A stretch of 64,000 nucleotides of DNA from a bacterium. GTDB taxonomy: Bacteria; Hydrothermota; 32-111. The notes below the pieces were generated by a model, which saw only the letters and a list, made by a program, of their open reading frames with translations, did not search any database and was not told where the DNA came from. Both the position numbers and the translations under genes were made by a program. This document shows positions 10,297 to 19,303 of this stretch, piece by piece. Numbering within the stretch: position 1 is the stretch's first letter; each line of letters starts with the position of its first letter. The stretch is taken from assembly GCA_050239825.1 (NCBI GenBank), contig JBFXGO010000004.1, positions 1-64,000 on the forward strand, given 5' to 3'.

Positions 10297-10531
10297 GCAA
10301 CTCCTCCACCCTCTTGATATCAGGCATCCCTATGAAGGCTACTTCATCGTTTATAATAGTCACAGGCACCGAGGAGACTTCAAACTCATCCATAAGGTTC
10401 ATCCCTTTGTCGCTGTCGACATCTATTATTTCAAGCTCCACAGGAATCTTTCTGACCGTATATTTCCAGAATTTTTCGACCTCTTTGCATTCATGAGACC
10501 ATCTGCCGACAAGAACTATTATTTTCATCAA
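10280..10531 (-). CDS. Small thioredoxin/glutaredoxin-fold protein (SxxC)
   Basis: WSHEC at the active-site position, SVPVTIIN cis-Pro motif, F.G.P. Confidence 0.75.
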   Translation of the reverse strand: MMKIIVLVGRWSHECKEVEKFWKYTVRKIPVELEIIDVDSDKGMNLMDEFEVSSVPVTIINDEVAFIGMPDIKRVEELLDEEN

Positions 10532-10534
10532 GTA

Positions 10535-11551
10535 TTACTCCAGTTCGATAGTATTCATTACTGTTTTTGTCTCCATGAGCTTGAAATATTTTCTCTCTCC
10601 CGGGAGAAAAATATGTCCGTCGAGAAAGTAAAGCTTTCCGTTGGCTTTAATCAGATACATGATGAACGGACCGCCATACTGATTTTTATCGTTCGCATAG
10701 GTTCCTTTTATTTCCAGAGCGGGATATCCCTTGAATGATGTCTCGCTCTTTTCAAGTTTGACAAACTGCGTATCTATTCTGTCTCCTTCAAAATGTTTCT
10801 TTCCTATCAAATCGCGCATCTCTGTCATCCACTGAAATCTGAAATTGGATGTGTCGTTAAAAGTCATCATTGTGACTATTCTGTCGGGGTATCGGGCTAT
10901 TATGGAATAACAGTTGAGGTTCTTGTCGAAAAATGCCGTTTGATAATCGGACGGGGCTTTTATCCTGATACCTGTTTTTTCATAAATCTCTGTGCTAAGT
11001 CTCTTGTTTTCTCCCGCAAAATAAACCATCATGTCAAGAGAACGGGCGGTGTTATCCATGAAGAATTTGCTTATAAGCTCTTTGCGTTTTTTTATTGCAT
11101 TATTCAGCTCATCCTCTGAGACACCTGCAATTATGAAAATATTCTGCCCTTTTGCAAATCCGTCAAAGATTGTGAAGAAGAGAGCTCCCTCCTCTTTTAT
11201 CTGTTTCAGATCCTCCTGTGAAAGAAATGAATTGATTATCTGCGAATACTCATCGTTTCTGTTGATGTTTGTGATAAAGATTATGTTTTTCTCCCTCTTG
11301 TAAATATAAAGTTTATCAAGAGAGACAAAGACAGTGTAAAAGACCGATTCCCTTGCAGGCATCGTCACTTCCATGGTAAGTGCATCAAGAAGATTTTTTT
11401 CAACAGATGAATAGACAGTGTTTGATGCGCATATTGCTATCTCCTCGATTTTGCCTATGGCAGACTCCTTCATCTTTGATTTTGTGCATGAGGAAAATAC
11501 AAAAGGAATAAGAAATATCAAAACAAAAAAAGCATCAATCGATCTCTTCAC
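10535..11551 (-). CDS. DUF4837-like lipoprotein
   Basis: Lipobox FSSC; GGPF...LDG..F.PGERK C-terminal motif. Confidence 0.7.
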   Translation of the reverse strand: MKRSIDAFFVLIFLIPFVFSSCTKSKMKESAIGKIEEIAICASNTVYSSVEKNLLDALTMEVTMPARESVFYTVFVSLDKLYIYKREKNIIFITNINRNDEYSQIINSFLSQEDLKQIKEEGALFFTIFDGFAKGQNIFIIAGVSEDELNNAIKKRKELISKFFMDNTARSLDMMVYFAGENKRLSTEIYEKTGIRIKAPSDYQTAFFDKNLNCYSIIARYPDRIVTMMTFNDTSNFRFQWMTEMRDLIGKKHFEGDRIDTQFVKLEKSETSFKGYPALEIKGTYANDKNQYGGPFIMYLIKANGKLYFLDGHIFLPGERKYFKLMETKTVMNTIELE

Positions 11552-13583
11552 TGTTTCTCCTTGTTAAATTGATTTTAACACATCTGTTATCCTCTTTCAA
11601 CAGGTTTTTATCTGAGGACATCAAAGAAGACGCGTCTGAAAATGCAACTTTCATAAGCTGGAAATCATCAAACCAATCTGCATACTTGAATCTGGGTATT
11701 CCGCTCTGCATGCTCCCCCATGCCTCTCCCATGCCCCTCATCCTCAAATCCATCTCAGCAATTTCAAATCCGTCATTTGTTTTGGCTATTGTTTTAAGTC
11801 TCACTATTCCGTCTTCGCTCACCTTGTCGCCTGATACAAGGAAACAATATGATTGCTTCTCTCCTCTGCCCACTCTTCCCCGTAGCTGATGAAGCTGTGA
11901 GAGTCCAAACCTTTCCGCAGACAAAATAACCATAACAGTCGCGTTTGTGACATCTATGCCGACTTCAATGACGGTTGTTCCTACAAGCACATCAATTTCA
12001 CCCCTGTTTAGCATCTCCATAACATCAGTCTTCTCTTCCTGAGAGAGTCGCGAGTGTATTTTTCCGACTCTTGCCCTTAAAAGGTATTTCTTCTTGACCT
12101 CTTCATACACTCTCTCTACGGATTTCATATCAGCCTCTCCGCCGATGTCAATAGCCGGACAAACAATGAAACAGCTCTCTTTGGCGTCAATTCTCTTTTC
12201 TATAAACTGGTACATCTTCATCTGGGCTTTATTGGAGACCCATTTTGTCTTAATGGTTTTTTGCTGTTTCGGTTTCTCTTTTATCTCCGTAATATCCATC
12301 TCTCCGTAAACTGCAAGAGAGAGTGAGCGTGGAATCGGCGTGGCTGTCATCACAAGATAGTCCGCAACAATGCCCTTGTTTCTCAGTTTCGACCTGTGAA
12401 CCACTCCGAATCTGTGCTGTTCGTCTATTATTACCAGTTTTAAATCTTTGAAGCGCACTTCATCCTCTATCAGAGCATGAGTTCCAATAACTACATCGAC
12501 ATCCCCTCTCTCGATATCCAAGAGCCCTCTGTCTCTCTCTTTAACGGATGATGTGACAAGTCTGATTCTGACTTTCAATTGTGAAAAAAGTTTTGAAAGA
12601 ACTGAAAAATGCTGCTGCGCAAGTATCTCGGTCGGAGCCATGAGGACAGACTGATATCCGCTCTCAACTGCAGTCAGCATAGCCATTGCCGCAATAAGAG
12701 TCTTTCCTGATCCCACATCTCCCATTAAAAGCCTATTCATAGGCACTCTGCTTTGCATGTCTCTCTTAATCATTTGAAATGCGTTCTTCTGGTCATCGGT
12801 CAATGTAAAACTCAAGCCCTCAAGAAGTTTTTTCACAAGGAGAGATTCGGCGACATAGTTGAAATCTCCGATGATATTGTTTTTTTCCTTCCTTACTGCC
12901 ACCTTCATTCCTGCGTAGAAGAGCTCCGAGTACTTCATTCTTTCAAGAGCTTTCTCCACTTCTTCGCTCTTAGAAGGATAGTGCATTGCTCTGACTGCAT
13001 CAGAAATTTTCATCAATCCTCTTTTTAAAATAAGTTCGGAAGGAATATCCTCTTCTATATTTGCGGAATATGAATCAACAGACCACTTGATAACTTTCCT
13101 CAGCCATCTCTGCGACATATCTTTTGTCAAATGGTAAACAGGCACAATTCTGCCTGTATGAATGAGTTCAACATCCTCTTCGGGAAATTTCTCATACTCA
13201 GGATGCAGCATCTCCATCAGCGCCCGTCTGATGGAGACCTTTCCGCTGAGAACGATAATATCTCCCTGCTTTATTGCTCCGTTGAGATACGGATTGTTGA
13301 ACCACTTTGCAGTCACATATCCGCTCTCAGTCTTGATTACGGCAGTAAAGAGCGTTTTTCTGCTTCTAAGAAAAGTCATGCCTGATTGCAGAACCTCTCC
13401 CACCAATGTCAGGTATTCCCCGTCTCTGACCTCCCTCTTTTTAGTCAGTTCTCTGTTAACATACTTGAACGGGGGATAGGTCATAAGGTCATATATCGTG
13501 CTTATGCCAATCTTTGAAAGCAGTTCTGCCATTTTTGGACCTACGCCTTTGGCAAACTGCACTGAATCAAACATTGATGTCAT
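11535..13583 (-). CDS. recG: ATP-dependent DNA helicase RecG
   Basis: GDVGSGKT, IIDEQHRFG, TATPIPR, QLHQLRGRVGRG. Confidence 0.97.
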   Translation of the reverse strand: MTSMFDSVQFAKGVGPKMAELLSKIGISTIYDLMTYPPFKYVNRELTKKREVRDGEYLTLVGEVLQSGMTFLRSRKTLFTAVIKTESGYVTAKWFNNPYLNGAIKQGDIIVLSGKVSIRRALMEMLHPEYEKFPEEDVELIHTGRIVPVYHLTKDMSQRWLRKVIKWSVDSYSANIEEDIPSELILKRGLMKISDAVRAMHYPSKSEEVEKALERMKYSELFYAGMKVAVRKEKNNIIGDFNYVAESLLVKKLLEGLSFTLTDDQKNAFQMIKRDMQSRVPMNRLLMGDVGSGKTLIAAMAMLTAVESGYQSVLMAPTEILAQQHFSVLSKLFSQLKVRIRLVTSSVKERDRGLLDIERGDVDVVIGTHALIEDEVRFKDLKLVIIDEQHRFGVVHRSKLRNKGIVADYLVMTATPIPRSLSLAVYGEMDITEIKEKPKQQKTIKTKWVSNKAQMKMYQFIEKRIDAKESCFIVCPAIDIGGEADMKSVERVYEEVKKKYLLRARVGKIHSRLSQEEKTDVMEMLNRGEIDVLVGTTVIEVGIDVTNATVMVILSAERFGLSQLHQLRGRVGRGEKQSYCFLVSGDKVSEDGIVRLKTIAKTNDGFEIAEMDLRMRGMGEAWGSMQSGIPRFKYADWFDDFQLMKVAFSDASSLMSSDKNLLKEDNRCVKINLTRRNSEEID

Positions 13584-14143
13584 TTTGTCTCTCTCATGAG
13601 AAGAATGTTCTGTGACTTGAAGCCGAGAATCCTGTAAATCCCAAATATGTCGGGAATCTGAATTGTTATCTTATAAAGATTGTAATCTTTGTCAAATGCC
13701 ACCATTGATGTATCCTCTCTTCCATCCCTGATGCTCACATTATAAATGAAGATTGTCTCCTCAACCATATTCATATAACCCTTTGATTCTATTCTTCTTT
13801 TGTACCCTAGTCCCGTCTCAGTTCCGCTGTAAAACCAGGAGGTCTTCTCTGCAAAGGGAAGAACCATCCTTATTCTGCGCGGTGAGTATGTCAGGTTGGC
13901 GCTTATGAGTCCGATTTTAATGAACCGCTTTCTAAGATAGAATGTGTCATTTATGATGGTGAAATCCTCAGAGTATGTGAGATTCTTATCCTGCGCCTTT
14001 ATTGAAAACTCAGATGGTCTGCTCAGCACAACAATATCAAACACCTTTCCGCTTTCCGCCTCTTTCATTTTGAAACTATCAATCCCCATGGGAAGACTTC
14101 CGATATTCGTGAGATAAAATGAAAGAATTAATAGTTGCAACAT
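13580..14143 (-). CDS. Hypothetical protein
   Basis: 187-aa ORF, ATGA overlap with recG, hydrophobic N-terminus. Confidence 0.6.
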   Translation of the reverse strand: MLQLLILSFYLTNIGSLPMGIDSFKMKEAESGKVFDIVVLSRPSEFSIKAQDKNLTYSEDFTIINDTFYLRKRFIKIGLISANLTYSPRRIRMVLPFAEKTSWFYSGTETGLGYKRRIESKGYMNMVEETIFIYNVSIRDGREDTSMVAFDKDYNLYKITIQIPDIFGIYRILGFKSQNILLMRETK

Positions 14144-14149
14144 ATAAAT

Positions 14150-14177
14150 ATTTTACAAGACAACAGGCAAATGTCAA
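14150..14177 (-). promoter_or_regulatory. Sigma70 promoter, probably leaderless transcript
   Basis: TTGACA-N16-TAAAAT-N6-ATG(14143); no SD. Confidence 0.65.
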
Positions 14178-14248
14178 GCATGTAACAGCGACCTTTTGAA
14201 AACAATAAATCTGTCATGATGCAAATTGAAATGCGCAACTCCCTGCTA

Positions 14249-14276
14249 TTGACTTTTTTGCGATTATCCATATAAT
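14249..14276 (+). promoter_or_regulatory. Sigma70 promoter
   Basis: TTGACT-N16-TATAAT upstream of SD AGGAGG and GTG 14307. Confidence 0.7.
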
Positions 14277-14306
14277 ACGCTGAAAAATAAAAATAGGAGG
14301 TTTTTA

Positions 14307-14990
14307 GTGAAAAGGTTTCTATTAACATTGACTGTCTTTTTGGTCATATTCTCATTCGGATGCTCCAAGAAAGCCGCATCCATTGACGGAGATTATACTT
14401 ACAAGGCAGATTTTTCAACAAAGAGGATGTTCAAGGATGTTCTCAATGTTAACGACGGAGACACAACATTTGTTTCAGGAAATGTAAATCTCGTTTGGAA
14501 GACAAAGGACGAGGTCAAAGGCAACATGATTACAATTGAAAGCTCATTTGGCGATGACACTACATGGTCGGATGCAAAGGGACTTGAGGTTCAGACCTCA
14601 GGCAGTTATTCAGAGGAGCTTAAAGAGGCAGGAGTATATTCATACAAACTCTCTCTTGACAACACTTTGATGCACACATACAAAATAAGTGTTCCTGCAA
14701 TAACAATACTCTCTCCAGTTCCTTCGGATACTACTCTTAATGGAAAAGAGACAAACATTGAGTTTAACAGAGTTGACAAGGCAGAGAAGTATCTTGTATT
14801 TGTAAGAGGTTACAAGGGAGATTCCATCTGGGCAGTTGAGACATCCGATTCACAGATAAAATATGCAGGCGCGCCTCTTGAATACGGAATGGTCTATTCG
14901 GTGACAGTATCAACCACCATTCTCTGTGATTCATTGAACAGCGTCGGCGTTTCATCCACAAATCAGTTTGTTATAAAGAAAGCTGAATAA
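14307..14990 (+). CDS. Beta-rich lipoprotein of unknown function
   Basis: Lipobox SFGC, strong SD; Ig/Fn3-like sequence pattern. Confidence 0.75.
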   Translation: MKRFLLTLTVFLVIFSFGCSKKAASIDGDYTYKADFSTKRMFKDVLNVNDGDTTFVSGNVNLVWKTKDEVKGNMITIESSFGDDTTWSDAKGLEVQTSGSYSEELKEAGVYSYKLSLDNTLMHTYKISVPAITILSPVPSDTTLNGKETNIEFNRVDKAEKYLVFVRGYKGDSIWAVETSDSQIKYAGAPLEYGMVYSVTVSTTILCDSLNSVGVSSTNQFVIKKAE

Positions 14991-15011
14991 ATTACCGAAA
15001 TTTTCCGGATA

Positions 15012-15042
15012 AAAAGAGAGGGGCATAAAGCCCCTCTCTTTT
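15012..15042. terminator. Bidirectional intrinsic terminator
   Basis: AAAAGAGAGGGGC-ATAAA-GCCCCTCTCTTTT between convergent genes. Confidence 0.9.
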
Positions 15043-15043
15043 A

Positions 15044-15967
15044 TTATATACCTCCGTTAATTTCATCAACAGTTTCACACGGCTCGATATGCACTATTAT
15101 GTCAGTCTTATCTCCATACTTCATTCTTAACTGATTTTCCACATTATTGGCAATCTCATGAGACCTTTTTACTGTCATGTCTGGCTCAACCTCTATATGA
15201 ATATCTATTGAATAGTCGTTTCCAATTCGTCTTGTGCGTATCTCATGAGGGTTCTTTACTCCGCTTGTGCTTCTTATTAGTTCAAGTATCTCTGCCTCCA
15301 CCTCTTTTGAGAGAGCTTGGTCGAGAAGGTCCCCTGCGCTTGCCTTTGTTATGTTAACAGCCACTTTAATAATGAAAAAACTCACAATAACGGCGGCTAT
15401 CGGGTCGCACACCAGCCATTTTTCACCGAGAAACACGGCGCATCCGATTCCCACGAGAGTGCCTACTGACGAGAGAGCATCCGACCTGTGATGCCATGCA
15501 TTGGCAATCACAGCCTGACTGTTTATCTTTTTTCCGACATGCGCTGTGTATCTGTAAAGCAGTTCTTTGAAAATTATCGATATGAGAGCGGCCAAAAAAG
15601 CTATGATGCTCGGTTTGTCAAACTCCCCGCCTGAGGCGATTTTTATTATGTTCTTAAATCCGGAAAACATAATAAAGAATCCGACAAGAAGAAGCAGAAT
15701 GCCGATTATGACAGCGGACAGGGTCTCATACTTTGCATGACCGTATTCGTGGTCTTCATCGGCGGGTTTTTTGACAAAGCTGAATCCGAACAAGACAACT
15801 ATATCTGTCGCAAAATCAGATAAAGAATGTATGGCATCAGCCACCATTGCTCCGCTTCGGCCGAAAATTCCAGCCGCAAACTTAAATCCGGTTAGAATCA
15901 AATTGACAAAAAATCCTATCCATGTCACTCTGATTGCATAATCCTCTCGTTTCATTATACTCTCCAT
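15044..15967 (-). CDS. Cation diffusion facilitator (FieF-like); start may be 15955
   Basis: ADAIHSLSD, HEYGH, ANAWHHRSD, IVHIEP. Confidence 0.93.
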   Translation of the reverse strand: MESIMKREDYAIRVTWIGFFVNLILTGFKFAAGIFGRSGAMVADAIHSLSDFATDIVVLFGFSFVKKPADEDHEYGHAKYETLSAVIIGILLLLVGFFIMFSGFKNIIKIASGGEFDKPSIIAFLAALISIIFKELLYRYTAHVGKKINSQAVIANAWHHRSDALSSVGTLVGIGCAVFLGEKWLVCDPIAAVIVSFFIIKVAVNITKASAGDLLDQALSKEVEAEILELIRSTSGVKNPHEIRTRRIGNDYSIDIHIEVEPDMTVKRSHEIANNVENQLRMKYGDKTDIIVHIEPCETVDEINGGI

Positions 15968-16059
15968 TATATTTAATGATTTCTCTTTTTTTCAAGATAT
16001 ATTTTGCACTATATGCCATTTTTTCATCTTGTCAAGATAAATATTAATTCGTTTTTATA

Positions 16060-16088
16060 TTGACATCTATCCATTATGATATTAAAAT
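16060..16088 (+). promoter_or_regulatory. Sigma70 promoter for degP operon
   Basis: TTGACA-N17-TAAAAT. Confidence 0.65.
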
Positions 16089-16118
16089 ATAAGATTATAA
16101 AATCAACAAGGAGGTTTT

Positions 16119-17576
16119 GTGAAGCGTCTGTTGACTATAACTGTAATTGTCGCACTTTTATTTGCGTGCGGCATAATTTCTGCAACTCTTGTGCAGAAAG
16201 CCAACTGCCAGACAGAGACAGTTAAAATCAATGGCACTAATGGTGCGGCTCTGACCCTCCCTTCATTCAGGGAACTGGCAAAGAATGTGACGCCCGCAGT
16301 GGTTCACATCACAGCCGAGAGCAGCGTGAAAGTGTCGCCGTTTTTCCCTTTTGATGACCCTTTCTTCCGCGACTTTTTCAAAGATATGCCTGAGTATGAG
16401 AATAAGAATACTTCAATGGGCACAGGATTCATCTTTGATAAAAACGGAAGCATAGTTACAAACTACCATGTCATAAAGAATGCCAAGAAAATAACCATAA
16501 GACTACTTGACGAGCGCGAATTCTCAGAAGATGAGATTGAGATAGTCGGAACTGACGAGAGAACCGACATTGCAGTCATAAAAATAAAAAAGGTATCGGA
16601 TATGCCTTATCTGGAATTTGGAGATTCCGATGAGATGGAGGTGGGAGACTGGGTTATGGCTGTGGGCAATCCGTTCGGATTTGACGGCACAGTCACAGTA
16701 GGAGTCATATCAGCTAAGAACCGCTCCAACATTGCGCTTTCAGGCGGACCAATGTATCAGGATTTTATACAGACAGATGCATCGATAAATCCTGGCAACA
16801 GCGGCGGGCCTCTGGTTGATTTGAACGGCCATGTTATAGCTGTAAATTCCGCCATTGCATCACCCTCAGGCGGAAATGTGGGGATAGGATTCGGTATTCC
16901 CTCCAACATGGTTGTCATGGTTATAAATCAGTTGAAAGAGAACGGAGTGGTATCGAGAGGATACCTTGGGATAGTTCCTCAGGAGCTGACTAAAGATCTA
17001 AAAACAAAATTCGGCATGGACGCCAAAGAGACCGGGGTTCTTGTTGCGCAGGTGGAAGCAGAGACTCCTGCATCCAAAGCAGGATTAAAGGAGGGCGACA
17101 TAATACTCCAGTTCAACGGAAAGAAGATTGAGAGTGTAAACAAATTCAGAATAGCCGTAGCCGAAACCCCGGCAGGAAAGAGGGTGGAGATTCTCATTTT
17201 AAGAGACAAAGAAAAGAAGACTCTCACTGCAGAGATAGGGAAGCTTGAAGAGGAAACAGTTGCAAACAATGATGAAAAGAATGCGAAGCCGGGAGAATGG
17301 CTCGGAATGACAGTCGAGTCTTTAACGGATGAAAACATCTCAAAATATTCGGTTGCCGTAAAAGATGGAGTAGTCATTACCGCAATAGCCAAAGATTCTC
17401 CTCTTATTGACGCAGGCGTTAGAGTGGGAGATGTCATAACAAAGATTGAATCCTTTAAAATAAAAAATATGTCTGATTTTAGTAGCGCGAAGAAAAAATA
17501 TGAAAAGAATAATGATGTACTTCTGACTGTCAAGAGAGGCAACACTTCAATCTGGGTGGTTGTAAAGGCAAAATAA
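16119..17576 (+). CDS. degP: HtrA/DegP(Do) serine endoprotease with two PDZ domains
   Basis: TNYHV, DIAV, TDASINPGNSGGPL, two PDZ domains; signal peptide. Confidence 0.93.
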   Translation: MKRLLTITVIVALLFACGIISATLVQKANCQTETVKINGTNGAALTLPSFRELAKNVTPAVVHITAESSVKVSPFFPFDDPFFRDFFKDMPEYENKNTSMGTGFIFDKNGSIVTNYHVIKNAKKITIRLLDEREFSEDEIEIVGTDERTDIAVIKIKKVSDMPYLEFGDSDEMEVGDWVMAVGNPFGFDGTVTVGVISAKNRSNIALSGGPMYQDFIQTDASINPGNSGGPLVDLNGHVIAVNSAIASPSGGNVGIGFGIPSNMVVMVINQLKENGVVSRGYLGIVPQELTKDLKTKFGMDAKETGVLVAQVEAETPASKAGLKEGDIILQFNGKKIESVNKFRIAVAETPAGKRVEILILRDKEKKTLTAEIGKLEEETVANNDEKNAKPGEWLGMTVESLTDENISKYSVAVKDGVVITAIAKDSPLIDAGVRVGDVITKIESFKIKNMSDFSSAKKKYEKNNDVLLTVKRGNTSIWVVVKAK

Positions 17577-17586
17577 GGAGAAAACA

Positions 17587-18426
17587 ATAAATTTCAGGGA
17601 TTCAAGCGACAAATCGCTTCAAATTTATTTAAAAGAGATCAGGCGATTCCCTCTCCTCACACCGCAGGAGGAGAGGGAGTATGCCGTAAAAATACAAAAA
17701 GGTGACAGAAAAGCCCTTGAGAAACTTGTTCAGGGAAATCTGAGATTTGTGGTAAATGTCGCGAAGGAATATCAGGGAAAGGGCCTCTCCCTTTCAGAAC
17801 TGATAAATGAGGGCAACTACGGGCTTATGAAGGCGGCGCAAAAATTTGAAGTCTCGAAAAATGTCAAGTTTATATCCTATGCAGTGTGGTGGATAAGACA
17901 ATCCATTATGAAGGCCGTGCTTGAAAACAACAGCAATATAAGAGTCCCTCTCTCTCAGAGAGGCAAGATGAACCTTGTGGGACGCACGCGTCATGAGATG
18001 CTGAATACAAACGGCGAAATGCCCACATTCAAGGAAGTAGCAGACAGAATTGGATTATCCGAAAACGAGGTTCAGCAGATAGTAAACCTCACAAAGACAG
18101 AGGTCTCTCTAAATGAACCAATCTCGTCAGATGAAAGTCTCTACCTTTCCGATACTATATCTCAGAATTCGGAAGAGTCGCCGGAAGAGACTCTCTTCAG
18201 AAAAAGATATAAGGAGACTCTCAAAGCACAGCTTGACAAGCTGTCAGAGCGTGAATCATTCATACTTAAAAAATACTTCGGACTTGATGATTTCAGGCCG
18301 CACACGCTTGAAGAGCTCGGAGATGAGCTTCAAATATCAAGGGAGAGGGTTAGACAGATAAAAGACCGCGCTGTAAACAAATTGAAGGACCTGACAAAAA
18401 ATATACTGGAGCCGTACAATGAATAG
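17587..18426 (+). CDS. Sigma-70 family alternative sigma factor (RpoD/RpoS-like), inferred ATA start
   Basis: Frame is open from 17566 and encodes region 1.2 (SLQIYLKEIRRFPLLTPQEE) upstream of the ORF-track GTG; FISYAVWWIRQ, SRERVRQI; AAGGAG 6 nt before ATA 17587. Confidence 0.88.
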   Translation: MNFRDSSDKSLQIYLKEIRRFPLLTPQEEREYAVKIQKGDRKALEKLVQGNLRFVVNVAKEYQGKGLSLSELINEGNYGLMKAAQKFEVSKNVKFISYAVWWIRQSIMKAVLENNSNIRVPLSQRGKMNLVGRTRHEMLNTNGEMPTFKEVADRIGLSENEVQQIVNLTKTEVSLNEPISSDESLYLSDTISQNSEESPEETLFRKRYKETLKAQLDKLSERESFILKKYFGLDDFRPHTLEELGDELQISRERVRQIKDRAVNKLKDLTKNILEPYNE

Positions 18427-19303
18427 ATTCTTTTCAAGAAGGAAAGTAAGAGTATCTGTAATTCCACACTCATCAGAAGATACAAAAAACTCTAAATTTT
18501 TCTTTGTTTTGATTCCCATACTCTTTCTGCTTCTCTTTTCTCTGGTGGTATACCTACTCTTGATGTCAGCTTTGAATTTTAAAAATATCAGCAAATATGC
18601 GGCTGTGAAAAAAACCAATGAAGAGGTCAAGCTGCTCTCTATAAAAGATGACGAACTCAAAGAGAAGATGGGTGAGATTGATTATGGCGTCAAGAACCTC
18701 AAATCGCGGATGACTGAAATAATACCAGTTTACAAATATCTATCCGGGATAGTCAAGACAGACAACGAAGATTTGAGATTGACATCGAATCTTGATTCCC
18801 TTTTGATTATGACAGAGTACCTTAGCTCTGTGATGGACACTTCAGTTAAAAGACTGTCGGAAAACAAAAAATTTTCCACAGTTCCCTCCCTTGTGCCTGT
18901 CAATGGCTGGGTTCTTAGAGGATATGGCAGGGTCAGCGACCCTTACACTCAAACAATAAAAATGTCAACCGGAATTCTTTTCGTATCGGAGACTGAGGAG
19001 AAGGTCTTTGCTACTGCTGATGGAGAAGTTTCATTTGTTGGACAAAAAGATAAATTAGGAAGCACAATTTTCATAAATCATGCAGGGTACCAGACTCAAT
19101 ACTCTCATCTTTCAAACATAATTGTTTCAATCGGATCAAAAGTCAAGAAGGGTCAGCATATAGGATTTGCGGGAAAGACTGGAAAGACTCTATCTTCATC
19201 GCTGTTTTATAAAATTATGAGAGATGATTCAGTGATAGACCCTGCATCATCATTTCAGATACCTGTTTATAACCTTTACGACACTTTGATGATAAACTTA
19301 TAG
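18419..19303 (+). CDS. Membrane-anchored M23/LytM-domain protein, degenerate active site
   Basis: TM, coiled coil, ATADGEV...YSHLS...GKTG; HxxxD and HxH replaced (STGIL, SLFY). Confidence 0.8.
   Translation: MNRFFSRRKVRVSVIPHSSEDTKNSKFFFVLIPILFLLLFSLVVYLLLMSALNFKNISKYAAVKKTNEEVKLLSIKDDELKEKMGEIDYGVKNLKSRMTEIIPVYKYLSGIVKTDNEDLRLTSNLDSLLIMTEYLSSVMDTSVKRLSENKKFSTVPSLVPVNGWVLRGYGRVSDPYTQTIKMSTGILFVSETEEKVFATADGEVSFVGQKDKLGSTIFINHAGYQTQYSHLSNIIVSIGSKVKKGQHIGFAGKTGKTLSSSLFYKIMRDDSVIDPASSFQIPVYNLYDTLMINL

Noticed and set aside
10480..10505. Selenocysteine at the thioredoxin active site
   Set aside because: The codon is TCT (Ser), not TGA
16979..17587. Long antisense ORFs (this one, 41581-42150, 53132-53692, 53266-53895, 58866-59420 and similar)
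   Set aside because: Shadows or alternate frames of well-supported genes or coding repeats
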